Assembly: GCA_011364985.1 (NCBI GenBank)
Contig: RDOC01000004.1
Location: 1-64,000 of the forward strand
Length of the DNA: 64,000 bases
Source: Candidatus Thorarchaeota archaeon
GTDB lineage: Archaea; Asgardarchaeota; Thorarchaeia; Thorarchaeales; Thorarchaeaceae
Reading direction: 5' to 3'
Shown here piece after piece: positions 19,168 through 28,790 of the stretch; positions within the stretch are counted from its first letter, which is position 1, and each line of letters starts with the position of its first letter. The position numbers and the translations under genes are program-made. The notes beneath the pieces were generated by a model that saw only the letters and a list, made by a program, of their open reading frames with translations, was not told the origin of the DNA and ran no database searches.

Positions 19168-19485
19168 TTGATGAGCACAGCAAAGGCGGACTTGGTAGAA
19201 TGGAACAGGGAGCATACCGTTACGAAGAACTCAGATGAGCTGATGAAGTTTCTCCTGGACTATATGATAGAACTGAGCCTATTTCCAATTCGCTTCGGCT
19301 CATCGAAGCGTGAACACATCTGTACGGGAAATGTTGCAGGAACTGGCCAGCGACAATTCACAGGGATAAAGGCAATCGTTTCGCTAACAGTGATCGGAGA
19401 AGATGATGACGACATTTCCAAATTGAGAATTGATGTACTCTCTGACAATCCTGAAGTCCTTCAGACTGCGGCAAGTGAGCTCTGA
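19168..19485 (+). CDS. Small hypothetical protein, possible adaptin/coatomer platform-like fold
   Basis: 105-aa ORF filling the gap between WD40 and the GTPase; C-terminus LRIDVLSDNPEVLQ. Confidence 0.65.
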   Translation: MMSTAKADLVEWNREHTVTKNSDELMKFLLDYMIELSLFPIRFGSSKREHICTGNVAGTGQRQFTGIKAIVSLTVIGEDDDDISKLRIDVLSDNPEVLQTAASEL

Positions 19486-19525
19486 AAGAATTCAACAGGA
19501 TTTCATAAACAGGAGCAATTGATAC

Positions 19526-20107
19526 CTATGATGCGAGTCCACCTGCATCAAGAATTCTCAGGGCCAGCTCCAGGAAGGCAGCCTCAGCATTATGCCCGGT
19601 TTTGGCAGATGTTTCGAGAAAACTTGCATGGGTACCCTTGCTGGCAATCTTTTTTGCAAGAGCCTCTCCTTCTTCGGTTGTCACGATGGTCTGCTTCATT
19701 ACTGGATTGTCCTTGAACTGCTCTCGAAGGTCAATTTTGTTTCCAATGAGGACAACTGGTATCTTCCTTCCCGCGTTGGTCCAGCATTCTTCCAACCAGT
19801 TGTCCACATTATCAAAAGAAGACCGCTCAACAGTGGAATAGACGGCCAAAGCACCCTGAGCCCCTTTGTAAAAGGTATTGCGCACGTTTTTGAAGTGCTC
19901 TTGGCCAGCAAGGTCCCAAATCTGAATACTGACATCAAACCCTCCTTCCAATTGCATCTTCTTAACGGCGAAGTCAGCTCCAATTGTAATCATGTAATTG
20001 GCCTTGAAGCCTTCACCCATATACTGTCTTCTGAGACTTGTCTTTCCGACCGAACCATCACCCATAAGGATAACCTTAAACAACGCTGTGACCATCTCTC
20101 TCAGCAA
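19526..20107 (-). CDS. Rab-like small GTPase
   Basis: GDGSVGKT, TIGADF, WDLAGQ, NKID, ETSAK. Confidence 0.95.
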   Translation of the reverse strand: MLREMVTALFKVILMGDGSVGKTSLRRQYMGEGFKANYMITIGADFAVKKMQLEGGFDVSIQIWDLAGQEHFKNVRNTFYKGAQGALAVYSTVERSSFDNVDNWLEECWTNAGRKIPVVLIGNKIDLREQFKDNPVMKQTIVTTEEGEALAKKIASKGTHASFLETSAKTGHNAEAAFLELALRILDAGGLAS

Positions 20108-20213
20108 CCGGACAGTGGTTATATAGCGGAGCGCGTAGGCATATTTGACGTTTGCGGGGATATTAGTGTATCTTGTTCTGAATGGGAAAGCTCACTATAA
20201 TCTGTGACCTAAT

Positions 20214-21146
20214 CTACAACCTCACAAATCGTGGTATCAAAACAGTTTCTCGAAGTGAAACCTCCGTAGTTGTTAGATATGTCCGACCAGTGTATTGCAG
20301 CTCGTTGTAATCACTCAATACCAGAAGGCGCAGAGGATATTCACCCTCCTCAATGATAACCGTAAGCAGGTGATCAAGAACGTAGGTTGTTTCATTCCTA
20401 ATCTTAGGATTGTGTAGTGCCTCTTGAAGCTCCAGAGGCGGATTCGTATTGAGTCTCTTAACAGCATGTGCTGCTAATGCTGCAAGGATGAAGGCAACAA
20501 TAAGAACTGGTACAAGAAGTGAATCAACAGGAGTCAATACTCCCAGAATATCAAGAACCTTTGCAAAGACAACTAAAATCACCGCCCCAAAGAGCGTGAC
20601 TCTGATGAATGCTTTCGACATAGGACTGATTGCTTGAGATAGTCCTTCAGAGAGCGTTTCATGCCACCTTGTACCTAGACCAGGGTCAATCTTGTCGAGA
20701 ACTCGGCGTGTGATTCTAAGTGTTTCAAATGAGGTAGAGCTGAATTCTTCCGGTTTTTCGAACTCAGGGATCTTTCCGATGTCAGGAAGCCCCGATGCAA
20801 CCATATCAAGGAAGGTAATGGTGGTCGATAGATCTCGTCTCGGAACGCCCCTCACTCCATAATGTTTCTCAACTCGACCTGACCTCGCGGAGCATATTAC
20901 CCCTACAAGAAGTCCACTAATACTTGGAACAAGTGTTACTGCCAATGTCAAGAGAGGATTCAGTATGATGTGTGAGATGGCAAGGATGAGTGCTAGGCAG
21001 AGAGTTGTGCAGAAGACCGTAGCAAGGGAAGCGAAATACTCGAAAGGGAATTGCCTGGCAGGCGGGTATTCAAGGTAGACTCTTCGTTCTCCGATTTCCA
21101 CGAGTTTTATGAAAGGGCCCAAATCGGTGTGTTCATCACAGTCCAA
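20214..21146 (-). CDS. Hypothetical membrane protein (about 4 TM helices)
   Basis: Two pairs of hydrophobic segments in a 310-aa ORF. Confidence 0.7.
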   Translation of the reverse strand: MDCDEHTDLGPFIKLVEIGERRVYLEYPPARQFPFEYFASLATVFCTTLCLALILAISHIILNPLLTLAVTLVPSISGLLVGVICSARSGRVEKHYGVRGVPRRDLSTTITFLDMVASGLPDIGKIPEFEKPEEFSSTSFETLRITRRVLDKIDPGLGTRWHETLSEGLSQAISPMSKAFIRVTLFGAVILVVFAKVLDILGVLTPVDSLLVPVLIVAFILAALAAHAVKRLNTNPPLELQEALHNPKIRNETTYVLDHLLTVIIEEGEYPLRLLVLSDYNELQYTGRTYLTTTEVSLRETVLIPRFVRL

Positions 21147-21413
21147 CGAAATTCCCCATTATTGCGTATGCATCCCAGTATTTGACCTCTTTGCCCTCCT
21201 GTCTGAAATGGGGTATGTCTGAATGAAGAGGCTTGTGAGTGTCTCAAGTATTCTGTCAAGGTTTTACTTTCGGAAATCAGTCCCCCTTTGGAGAGTCTCC
21301 TTGGACGAACAGCTCAGCCCCATAAAAGCCACAATCACAGGCGACCTACTACTCTGGCCTAATAGACAAGAGAACCGTTCTCCGGTCATCTCACACGCCA
21401 CGCCTGATAGAGG

Positions 21414-21689
21414 ATGTCAAAGATGGGCAGGACAGCTAGAACGTTTCGCGAATGTATACGCCTGGAGCGAAGCAGATGGGACGGATTTAGGCGTACGTTG
21501 AAGCCAGAAGATCGAGAGCGTCTGGACAGGCTCTTTGAGGCGGCACTGGCACACGGTGATGCAGGAACAATGATTGTAACCCCTCGAATCTCCGAGGTGA
21601 CTCTATTTGCAACTATGATGGACCTCCTCAAACAGAATGACGAACTACAGAGAAGAGTGACAACGCTTGAAAACAGACTCAAGGGGTAG
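21414..21689 (+). CDS. Small PolB2-associated protein (arCOG07300-like)
   Basis: MGRT..TFR.....E..RW.GFRRTL..EDRE signature, directly upstream of polB2. Confidence 0.8.
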   Translation: MSKMGRTARTFRECIRLERSRWDGFRRTLKPEDRERLDRLFEAALAHGDAGTMIVTPRISEVTLFATMMDLLKQNDELQRRVTTLENRLKG

Positions 21690-21698
21690 AGAGCATAG

Positions 21699-23966
21699 TT
21701 GATAGGAACTGGATGGCTACTTGACGCCAATGTAGACTTCCAGAAGGGGGTACTGACCCTCTGGATCAAGTCAGCCAGAACCACACGTGGGTATTCATAC
21801 AATTTCCATCCCTCAATCTTTGTGAGTATTGACCAGAAATCGGGTATAGAATGGACCAACAAAGACCTGCTTCGAACAGTGCAAGAGCATCCTAAGGTCA
21901 CACGGAGTAAGATTGTGCAACGGTTCGTCAGTGTCTATGATGATGTGATGAGACCAGTGCTGCAGGTATTCACAACGCCAGACGCTCATTGGGAAGTAGC
22001 AAGAGACCTCGAGCGATTACCAAACACCACTGTGTTTCATGCAGACATCGACCCCGTTCAGCAGTTCTTCATTGAAGAAGACGTATTTCCCTTTGGACGA
22101 GTGAGGTTTCAGACAAAGGGAGAGAAGATTGTGGAGTTGAGGTGTCTTGATAGGCGAGAAGACTCCAAGTATGCAGCGCCGGATCTTGATGAAATTGGCT
22201 TGGAGGTCTTTGTTGACACAGAGAGTATATTTCCCAGAATGGAAGACCCAATTCATCACATCGACCTGTTCCATGATGGGAAGACCTATCGAATCGAGGA
22301 GCATGATGAGAAGGCAATCCTAATCCAGTTTCAGGAAGCTATTGACACACTGGATCCGGATGTCATCGTGACGCAAGGAGGCGATGAGAATGTCTTTAGA
22401 TATCTAACACTTCGTGCAAAGTTACATGGCCTCCAACTTACTATGTCACGAGATGGAACACCACTGAAAGTAATGTACAAAGAACCGCAGTCATTCTGGC
22501 AGTACAACCAGATAGTATACAAGGCTGGCAACCAAGTGATGTTCAACGGGAGAATTCATATCGATCAGAAACGGAGCGCCTACTACTCGCCACAGGGCAT
22601 GGAAGGAGTCATCGAGGGGTGTAGACTCGCACTAGCCCAGCCCCAAAAGGTCGCCAGAATGTCAATCGGTACGGTGAATGCCTCTGTACAGTACTACAAT
22701 GCCTTCAAGATGGGAATTCTTATTCCATCCATTAAACGGAACCCGGAGTTTCTCAAGACGGTAACGGACTTAGCGATAATAGACCGAGGCGGCCTGATTC
22801 TTCAGCCGAAGCCGGATATCTACGACAATACTGCGGAGTGTGACTTCTCTTCAATGTATCCGACTCTCATGGTGACACGCAACATCAGCCCAGAGACCAT
22901 CTGTACACGGGCAGAATGCCCTTACGACTACAAGTACTGCATTGATGTTCCCGAGGTGAACTTCCGTCTTTGTGATCGAAAGCGAGGATTAGTTTCGAAG
23001 TCACTTGAACTGGTTGTACAAAAACGGAAGGACTTCAAGAAACTGATTGAGGAGGGACATGATGCAGAAAAATACGAGCGGATGCAGAACACTCTCAAAG
23101 GGATCTTGGTTTCTTGCTTTGGGTATCTTGGTTTCAAAAATGCCAAATTTGGCCGTGTAGAGGCACATACCGCCGTGACGGCACTGGCAAGAGAAGTTAT
23201 GCTAAGAACGCAAGAGATAGCAGAGAATGTGGGATTCGAACTGGTGCATGGTATCGTAGACTCGGTGTGGATTAGGTCAGGAGAGAAAATAGAGTATGAG
23301 AAGGTATTGGAATTCTGCCGGCAAGTCACAGAAGCAGTCGATATCGAGATGTTTCCGAAAGGCATCTACAGATGGCTGGTGATTCCATCATCACGCCTGC
23401 ATCCATCAATAGCTCCGCTGAACCGTTACTATGGCGTCTATAGGAATGGTGCAATAAAGACGAGAGGCATCGAAACGAGAAGACGCGACACATGTATCTA
23501 TGTGGGCGATTGCCAAAAGGAGATGATCAAGACCTTGGCCCAAGCTCGTAACAAATCCGAGTTCATTGAGCTAATTCCAGCCGCCTACTCAGTGTGCCGG
23601 AGGTTCATCAATAAACTGCATGAAGGCAATATCGATCTAAGAGACCTCATTTTGCATACCCGCCTCACCAGAGAACCAGATGCATACCAAGCAACATCCA
23701 GGGCAGCAATTGTTGCCAGACAACTTGTGGAGAATGGGAAGAGACTTCATGCAGGGCAGCAAGTACGCTATGTCATGGTGAGTGCAGACTCAGAGAGCCC
23801 AATGAGAAGAGTGCGAGCAATCGAGCTGCTTGATGAAACAACCCGTTATGACCCCGAGGCGTATGCAGCACTATGCCTGCGTGCATTTGAAAATCTCATC
23901 CCAAGTCAATACTTGCAGCAATCAACGATGACAGAAACTGACGAGGCAGTACAAGTTACTCTGTGA
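21699..23966 (+). CDS. polB2: Family B DNA polymerase, PolB2 subfamily
   Basis: DFSSMYP, K...VSCFGY, HGIVDS in place of YGDTDS, RGIE.RRRD. Confidence 0.9.
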   Translation: MIGTGWLLDANVDFQKGVLTLWIKSARTTRGYSYNFHPSIFVSIDQKSGIEWTNKDLLRTVQEHPKVTRSKIVQRFVSVYDDVMRPVLQVFTTPDAHWEVARDLERLPNTTVFHADIDPVQQFFIEEDVFPFGRVRFQTKGEKIVELRCLDRREDSKYAAPDLDEIGLEVFVDTESIFPRMEDPIHHIDLFHDGKTYRIEEHDEKAILIQFQEAIDTLDPDVIVTQGGDENVFRYLTLRAKLHGLQLTMSRDGTPLKVMYKEPQSFWQYNQIVYKAGNQVMFNGRIHIDQKRSAYYSPQGMEGVIEGCRLALAQPQKVARMSIGTVNASVQYYNAFKMGILIPSIKRNPEFLKTVTDLAIIDRGGLILQPKPDIYDNTAECDFSSMYPTLMVTRNISPETICTRAECPYDYKYCIDVPEVNFRLCDRKRGLVSKSLELVVQKRKDFKKLIEEGHDAEKYERMQNTLKGILVSCFGYLGFKNAKFGRVEAHTAVTALAREVMLRTQEIAENVGFELVHGIVDSVWIRSGEKIEYEKVLEFCRQVTEAVDIEMFPKGIYRWLVIPSSRLHPSIAPLNRYYGVYRNGAIKTRGIETRRRDTCIYVGDCQKEMIKTLAQARNKSEFIELIPAAYSVCRRFINKLHEGNIDLRDLILHTRLTREPDAYQATSRAAIVARQLVENGKRLHAGQQVRYVMVSADSESPMRRVRAIELLDETTRYDPEAYAALCLRAFENLIPSQYLQQSTMTETDEAVQVTL

Positions 23967-25320
23967 CTGCATGAGCCTGCATTGCAATCCTGGGCTTAAG
24001 CTCACGTACAGGAATACCTGTTTCTTGGGAGACCTTCATCACATCATCTGCTTCGGGCTTGATGTTGATGATACTGCCGTCCAGTCCCCTAGAGACCTTT
24101 ACCCGGACCATGTATTCCTTGCCGTCTACTTCAAACTTGCAGACGATTGTTTCTCTGGCCGCTTTTAATCGCTCCCAAGTGGTGTAACGAATCCCAATGG
24201 TACCAAGATGCCGAATCATTACTTCCGCAATACTCTTCAGACCAGTTTTTGCTGCAATGACCTTTATCACATAGCATGGACGATTCTTCTTCCCGTAGGC
24301 GGGAATCATGACAACATCATAGGCAAGACCTTCCGATAGCAGTGTGTCAAAAAGCGTACCCATAACTTCTCCATCAATGTCATCGACATTGGTCTCAATG
24401 ACCATAACATCATCAGCATTCCATGCATCAATCATATCGGACCGATCCTCTTTTGCTTTGGATGGTGTCTTTTCCTCCTTTGTCGGCTGCTTCTCCACTC
24501 GCCTGTCTTTGGGCTCTACCGAGCTTTCTTTTGCAGCAGTAAGCTCAGGAGTTGCATCCTCACAGAAATCACCCACCATTACTTTCATGTAGTTGACAAC
24601 ATCCCCCAAGTCCCGAGAGCCAAAACCAACGCCCTGTTGCCGTGCGATGAATCCTTCTGAAGATTCGACATACTCCTGAGCAAGAGAAACTAATATGGCG
24701 GCTCCAGTGGGAGTTAGCACCTCGGTCTTTGCATCTCCCATTACAAAAGGAACCTCGTTAGCAACCAGGATTTCCGCAACGGCAGGAACTGGAACCTCCA
24801 AAGGTCCATGCTCAGTATTGATGGTTCCACTTCCTACTGCAACATGTGTGGAGATGAATTTTGAATCCTTGAGCAAGCCTGCATGTTCCAAGAGGTATGC
24901 TGTTCCTACGATATCCAGAATTGTATCAATTGAGCCTGTTTCGTGAAGATGCAGCTTCTCAATGGGGGTCTCGTGTGCCCGTGATTCAGCCTCTAGGATC
25001 TCTTTGAGCGCACGCTCAGCAATCTGTTTTGCAGCCTGAGAGAGTTCAAGCTCTTCGGAAATCGAGCTTAGAATCTCAAGCATCGAGGGCGGGTTCAATC
25101 GAATGGATTCATCCCTCGACATAACAAGTCGATATCCGTTAATACTCTCTTCAGATTTGGTTTCAAAACTGACTCTCAGCGTCGGATCAACAATCAACAG
25201 ACTGGCTGCAACAGGAAGCAGAGAATCACGTTCTCCGATAAGGCCCACTAGGGCAGAGAGAAACATGTCTCCAGATGCTCCTGCTGTTCTGACATCAAGA
25301 ACAATCGTGGTGCTAACCAA
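23956..25320 (-). CDS. larC: Nickel pincer cofactor biosynthesis protein LarC
   Basis: GASGDM, HLHE, HG..PVPA, TPTGAA, ETNVDD, KKNRP, KPE.DD. Confidence 0.92.
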   Translation of the reverse strand: MVSTTIVLDVRTAGASGDMFLSALVGLIGERDSLLPVAASLLIVDPTLRVSFETKSEESINGYRLVMSRDESIRLNPPSMLEILSSISEELELSQAAKQIAERALKEILEAESRAHETPIEKLHLHETGSIDTILDIVGTAYLLEHAGLLKDSKFISTHVAVGSGTINTEHGPLEVPVPAVAEILVANEVPFVMGDAKTEVLTPTGAAILVSLAQEYVESSEGFIARQQGVGFGSRDLGDVVNYMKVMVGDFCEDATPELTAAKESSVEPKDRRVEKQPTKEEKTPSKAKEDRSDMIDAWNADDVMVIETNVDDIDGEVMGTLFDTLLSEGLAYDVVMIPAYGKKNRPCYVIKVIAAKTGLKSIAEVMIRHLGTIGIRYTTWERLKAARETIVCKFEVDGKEYMVRVKVSRGLDGSIINIKPEADDVMKVSQETGIPVRELKPRIAMQAHAVTE

Positions 25321-25552
25321 TGGGGTATTCTCCGATAGCAGATGCGGCGAACATAATTCGTTGCCAGTCTTTTCCTTTTCTTTCTTTCGAGTTTAGACCA
25401 GCTGCAAAACGCTACGTAGCTTAAATAGTGAGGAAGCTACGAATAGATGAGCTCGGTGGCGCCATTAAAGACAATCCTACTCTTCGCAGACAGAGTAGCA
25501 TAGAAAACCTTTGGTGGCATCCAAATACTGGATAGCAACCTCGTGACTACTT

Positions 25553-26371
25553 CTACATTCGTTTCCCGCGCGCTGGTCCCCCAGCCACCGAGCCGCTTGT
25601 TCGCCACTGCTCAAAGATTGCCATATACATGCACTCTTGGGGCGATATCCACATCTCAGAGGAGTCAAATGATTCATCAACAAACTCAACTGGGGCATCC
25701 TTAAGAAGCACTGCAGGAATAGACTCATCGGATTCTCCCATGACAGCTGTGCAAGTAGAGGCAAGATTGTCAGCGATTGCCCTTCGAGTAATGCGGAGCT
25801 CATTCCCAAAGAGGTCTTTGCGACCCCTATCGTCCGCAACAGGCTTGAATCCTGCGACAGCAAGCGCCATTCCTATGTTTCCTAGGCGCAGAGGCTGAGT
25901 CCGGCTATCGATAATCATTACACCAATTCGCTTTCCATACCTCTCGAAGACATCCTTTCTTAAGCGCTCTGCGCTCTCCCGGGGATTTTTCGGAAGAAGT
26001 GACGCAGATCCTTGGGGCACGTTTGACTTGTCTACTCCGGCGTTCGCCATGAGTGTGTTGTCCTTGATTGTTAGAACAACATGGGGAATGCCACCAAGGA
26101 TTTCATCAGCCTCGTCAAGGATGAGCTGTGCCACCTCTGGCAGCAGGACATAGTCTTCAGAGATTTCTTGTGCTTGTTCAGACACCACAACTTCATTCAG
26201 CTTAACGACGCGTCCCTCTGTTGTGCCAAGAGGGGTCTCCGCCACTCCAAGTATGTCACCATCCTCAAGCCTATGGTTTGAGTTCTTCAGCGCTTCAACC
26301 AGAACTTGCAGCAAGTCATCTCCACTGATAATCACTCGTGTCTTGATTGGAATAGCAAGCAGCTCTGCCAC
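25553..26371 (-). CDS. cofE: Coenzyme F420-0:L-glutamate ligase family protein
   Basis: ANAGVDKSN, DSRTQPLRLG, DLFG..L..T..A.AD, MGE.DE. Confidence 0.88.
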   Translation of the reverse strand: MAELLAIPIKTRVIISGDDLLQVLVEALKNSNHRLEDGDILGVAETPLGTTEGRVVKLNEVVVSEQAQEISEDYVLLPEVAQLILDEADEILGGIPHVVLTIKDNTLMANAGVDKSNVPQGSASLLPKNPRESAERLRKDVFERYGKRIGVMIIDSRTQPLRLGNIGMALAVAGFKPVADDRGRKDLFGNELRITRRAIADNLASTCTAVMGESDESIPAVLLKDAPVEFVDESFDSSEMWISPQECMYMAIFEQWRTSGSVAGGPARGKRM

Positions 26372-26443
26372 CTCTTGTTGGAATGGAGAGATTCCAAAGA
26401 TAAAGACTCCTCAATGATTCTCGTTCACATGAACCAGCCTACT

Positions 26444-27838
26444 CTATTTGCTGGGCCGCCTTTGAAGGTCACTCCTTGCGTTCATGATGCAGGCATCACC
26501 TTTTCGTCCGCCCATGGGGTGCCGTGGAGTACCAAGAGAATTCATGCATCTTGCAGCTACTGCAGCCCCCATAGCCAGACCATCGTGCACGAAGAGAAGC
26601 TCTCTTTCCGGAGATTCTTTGGACAGCAACTCCCGTATCATCTGAGGTTTTCTTCCGGTGAGAATTGCCCTTCCTGTAAATCCAAGACTGGTCTCAGGCA
26701 GAAGTAGGTTCTCTTCCCTAGCCAATCCAACTAGACGCTGCACAAGCCTTGCTTGTACATAGTCTATAATGGAGAGGAGAAAATCAACATTGCCTTCATT
26801 TGTGATGCGACGACCAATCTCTTCTAATTCATCTAGTCTTGATCCATTAGTTCCAACATCAACACCAATTAGGACAACATTAGCATCGGCTGCAGCCGCC
26901 GGATTTACAGGAACTGTCCCGAATCTCTTTCCAGAAGTAATCCGTCGTACTTCGATCAATCGATGTATCTCCTCAACAAAATCGGGATCTGGCTCAACCG
27001 GGTTTTGCCTTTTTGGCAGAATGTCTAGCGTGCAGACGGTTGGGTCCTGTTCCAAAGAAGATCCCCTAGCTACTGCGTCTGGAATGGCCCCAGCAAGTCC
27101 CGTGAAGGAACCGATTGTCCGGGCGTATGGATACTCGTTATTCGTAATCCTTCCAGCCAAGGTGGTTCCGAAGTCAAGGGTGAGAACTGGGTTTCTGAAA
27201 TCAACCGATGTGCTCCTTGCAGCACCCTTCAAACCCGCAGTAACCAGTTCACCTTCCATTTCGTTTGCTACTATGTCGGTACTTGCAGGAGGAAGAGAAC
27301 TTGCAACGGCACCGTCAAAGTATACCTTCTTGAGCCATGAGAAATTGCGCAGTCCTGGGGGTAAGTTGTCTAGCGAGATCGAGGCGGTCATCTTTCGTGG
27401 AGGAACGCCAGCCCGCAAACAGCCCTCTGCAAGTGCTTTGACCATTATTCCTACTTCTGAGGGATGTGCGAATCCTGCTGTCACCCCAGTGGACCGAACT
27501 ACGAAATGCAAGTCTCGCTCAAGGTCGACTCGTGCACGTGACAGCGTAGTCTTTAGCACATCCGAAACGAATTCGCAGACAGATTCGGAAGTAAATGGTA
27601 CCCCCGATATTGTCGTTCCAAAGACCTGCTCATTGTCTTTAGGAGGACGGACATCCCGAGTCATTCTAACCTCCTTTTCGATCTCGAATATCTCGGCTGT
27701 CTTGAGATTTGTAGATACCAGAATGCATTTTGTTGTCGTGTTGCCCAATTCAACTGAAGCCACGGTATAGAATGGACCAGTCCTCAAAGATGCAACTCCG
27801 ATTTGCCGAGGTGTGATAATCCCAGAGGCAACAACCAT
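26444..27838 (-). CDS. Methanogenesis marker protein 14 (DUF2114)-like
   Basis: VASVELGNTTTKCIL, MTRDVRPP, FVVRSTGV, NEMEGELVTAG, DFGTTLAG, ARCMNSLG. Confidence 0.85.
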   Translation of the reverse strand: MVVASGIITPRQIGVASLRTGPFYTVASVELGNTTTKCILVSTNLKTAEIFEIEKEVRMTRDVRPPKDNEQVFGTTISGVPFTSESVCEFVSDVLKTTLSRARVDLERDLHFVVRSTGVTAGFAHPSEVGIMVKALAEGCLRAGVPPRKMTASISLDNLPPGLRNFSWLKKVYFDGAVASSLPPASTDIVANEMEGELVTAGLKGAARSTSVDFRNPVLTLDFGTTLAGRITNNEYPYARTIGSFTGLAGAIPDAVARGSSLEQDPTVCTLDILPKRQNPVEPDPDFVEEIHRLIEVRRITSGKRFGTVPVNPAAAADANVVLIGVDVGTNGSRLDELEEIGRRITNEGNVDFLLSIIDYVQARLVQRLVGLAREENLLLPETSLGFTGRAILTGRKPQMIRELLSKESPERELLFVHDGLAMGAAVAARCMNSLGTPRHPMGGRKGDACIMNARSDLQRRPSK

Positions 27839-27851
27839 GGTCTTCTCATCC

Positions 27852-28787
27852 TTAGAGCAACTTGCGGAATGGGTGGCCCTCTACAGGGTCAATCCCGAAC
27901 TCCATCTTCACACTCTCGGCTGAAAAGACATCAGCCATGGCCACAACTGGGAAGACCTTGTCGGCATAGGCAATTGGACCATAGAGAAGGAAATCAGCAC
28001 CCATGAGGTGAGCTATAAGATTAGATGCAATATCGCAAGTCTTGTAGGCATCTCTATCCATCTTCTTGTAGCTCCGTAGCCATGGCCAAGATGAGGGAGC
28101 ATTATGAACTCCCGAACCAGTTGGATGTCCATATAGCGATTTTGAAACAAAAACGAAAGAGGCTGCAGTACCTGCACCGGCACCCATCGCCGTTGTGGCT
28201 GTGTCAATCAACGGTTTTGTGATTCCAAGCTCCTGAGCCAACTCAAGCAGTCCCGTCTCAAGTTGAAGAGCGCCCTCTTCCAAAATGGCTCTTCTGCCAG
28301 CAATTGATGCATCTTGAGGATTGAAAGCGAGAATGATGGCTGCCTCGTGTTGCATCTCCTGAAGCGCATCAAGTTCATTCTGTGCCGCTGAAGCTCCTAC
28401 GGAATTGTATACAGCTCTATCTAGCAACCCAACTTCCTCAGAATATCTTAATCCAGCGATACGAACATTTGGCTCTGTTGAACCAATGAGAAAGGGGGCA
28501 TCTGTCTTCTCGCTCACAAAATCAATATATCTGGAAATGGCGCTTTGAGAATTCGAGAATATCTGCACAAGCGCAGGATTTCCAGTCATGTCCGACATCT
28601 CATCTTGTTTTGAGATCAATTCCTCAGCAGCCTTGTGGTCGAACAGACCCCTTTCAGGATCTTGCACGATTTTGTCACCTGAGTAGAATATTGTTCCGGC
28701 AAGAGCCGTTGAATACTCCCCAGGCATTCCTCCAATCCTGACTTCACCGATGTTGTACACGTACTGCTCCTTTTCAAAAACAAACAT
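27852..28787 (-). CDS. mtrH: MtrH/MtxH-type pterin:corrinoid methyltransferase
   Basis: FEKEQ...IGG.PGE....LAGTIFY, YNS, G.HNAPS, GADFLLYGPI. Confidence 0.9.
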   Translation of the reverse strand: MFVFEKEQYVYNIGEVRIGGMPGEYSTALAGTIFYSGDKIVQDPERGLFDHKAAEELISKQDEMSDMTGNPALVQIFSNSQSAISRYIDFVSEKTDAPFLIGSTEPNVRIAGLRYSEEVGLLDRAVYNSVGASAAQNELDALQEMQHEAAIILAFNPQDASIAGRRAILEEGALQLETGLLELAQELGITKPLIDTATTAMGAGAGTAASFVFVSKSLYGHPTGSGVHNAPSSWPWLRSYKKMDRDAYKTCDIASNLIAHLMGADFLLYGPIAYADKVFPVVAMADVFSAESVKMEFGIDPVEGHPFRKLL

Positions 28788-28790
28788 GGT

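Noticed and set aside
26769-27770. 333-aa plus-strand ORF and similar long antisense ORFs
   Set aside because: These are shadows of well-supported genes on the opposite strand, with no motifs of their own.
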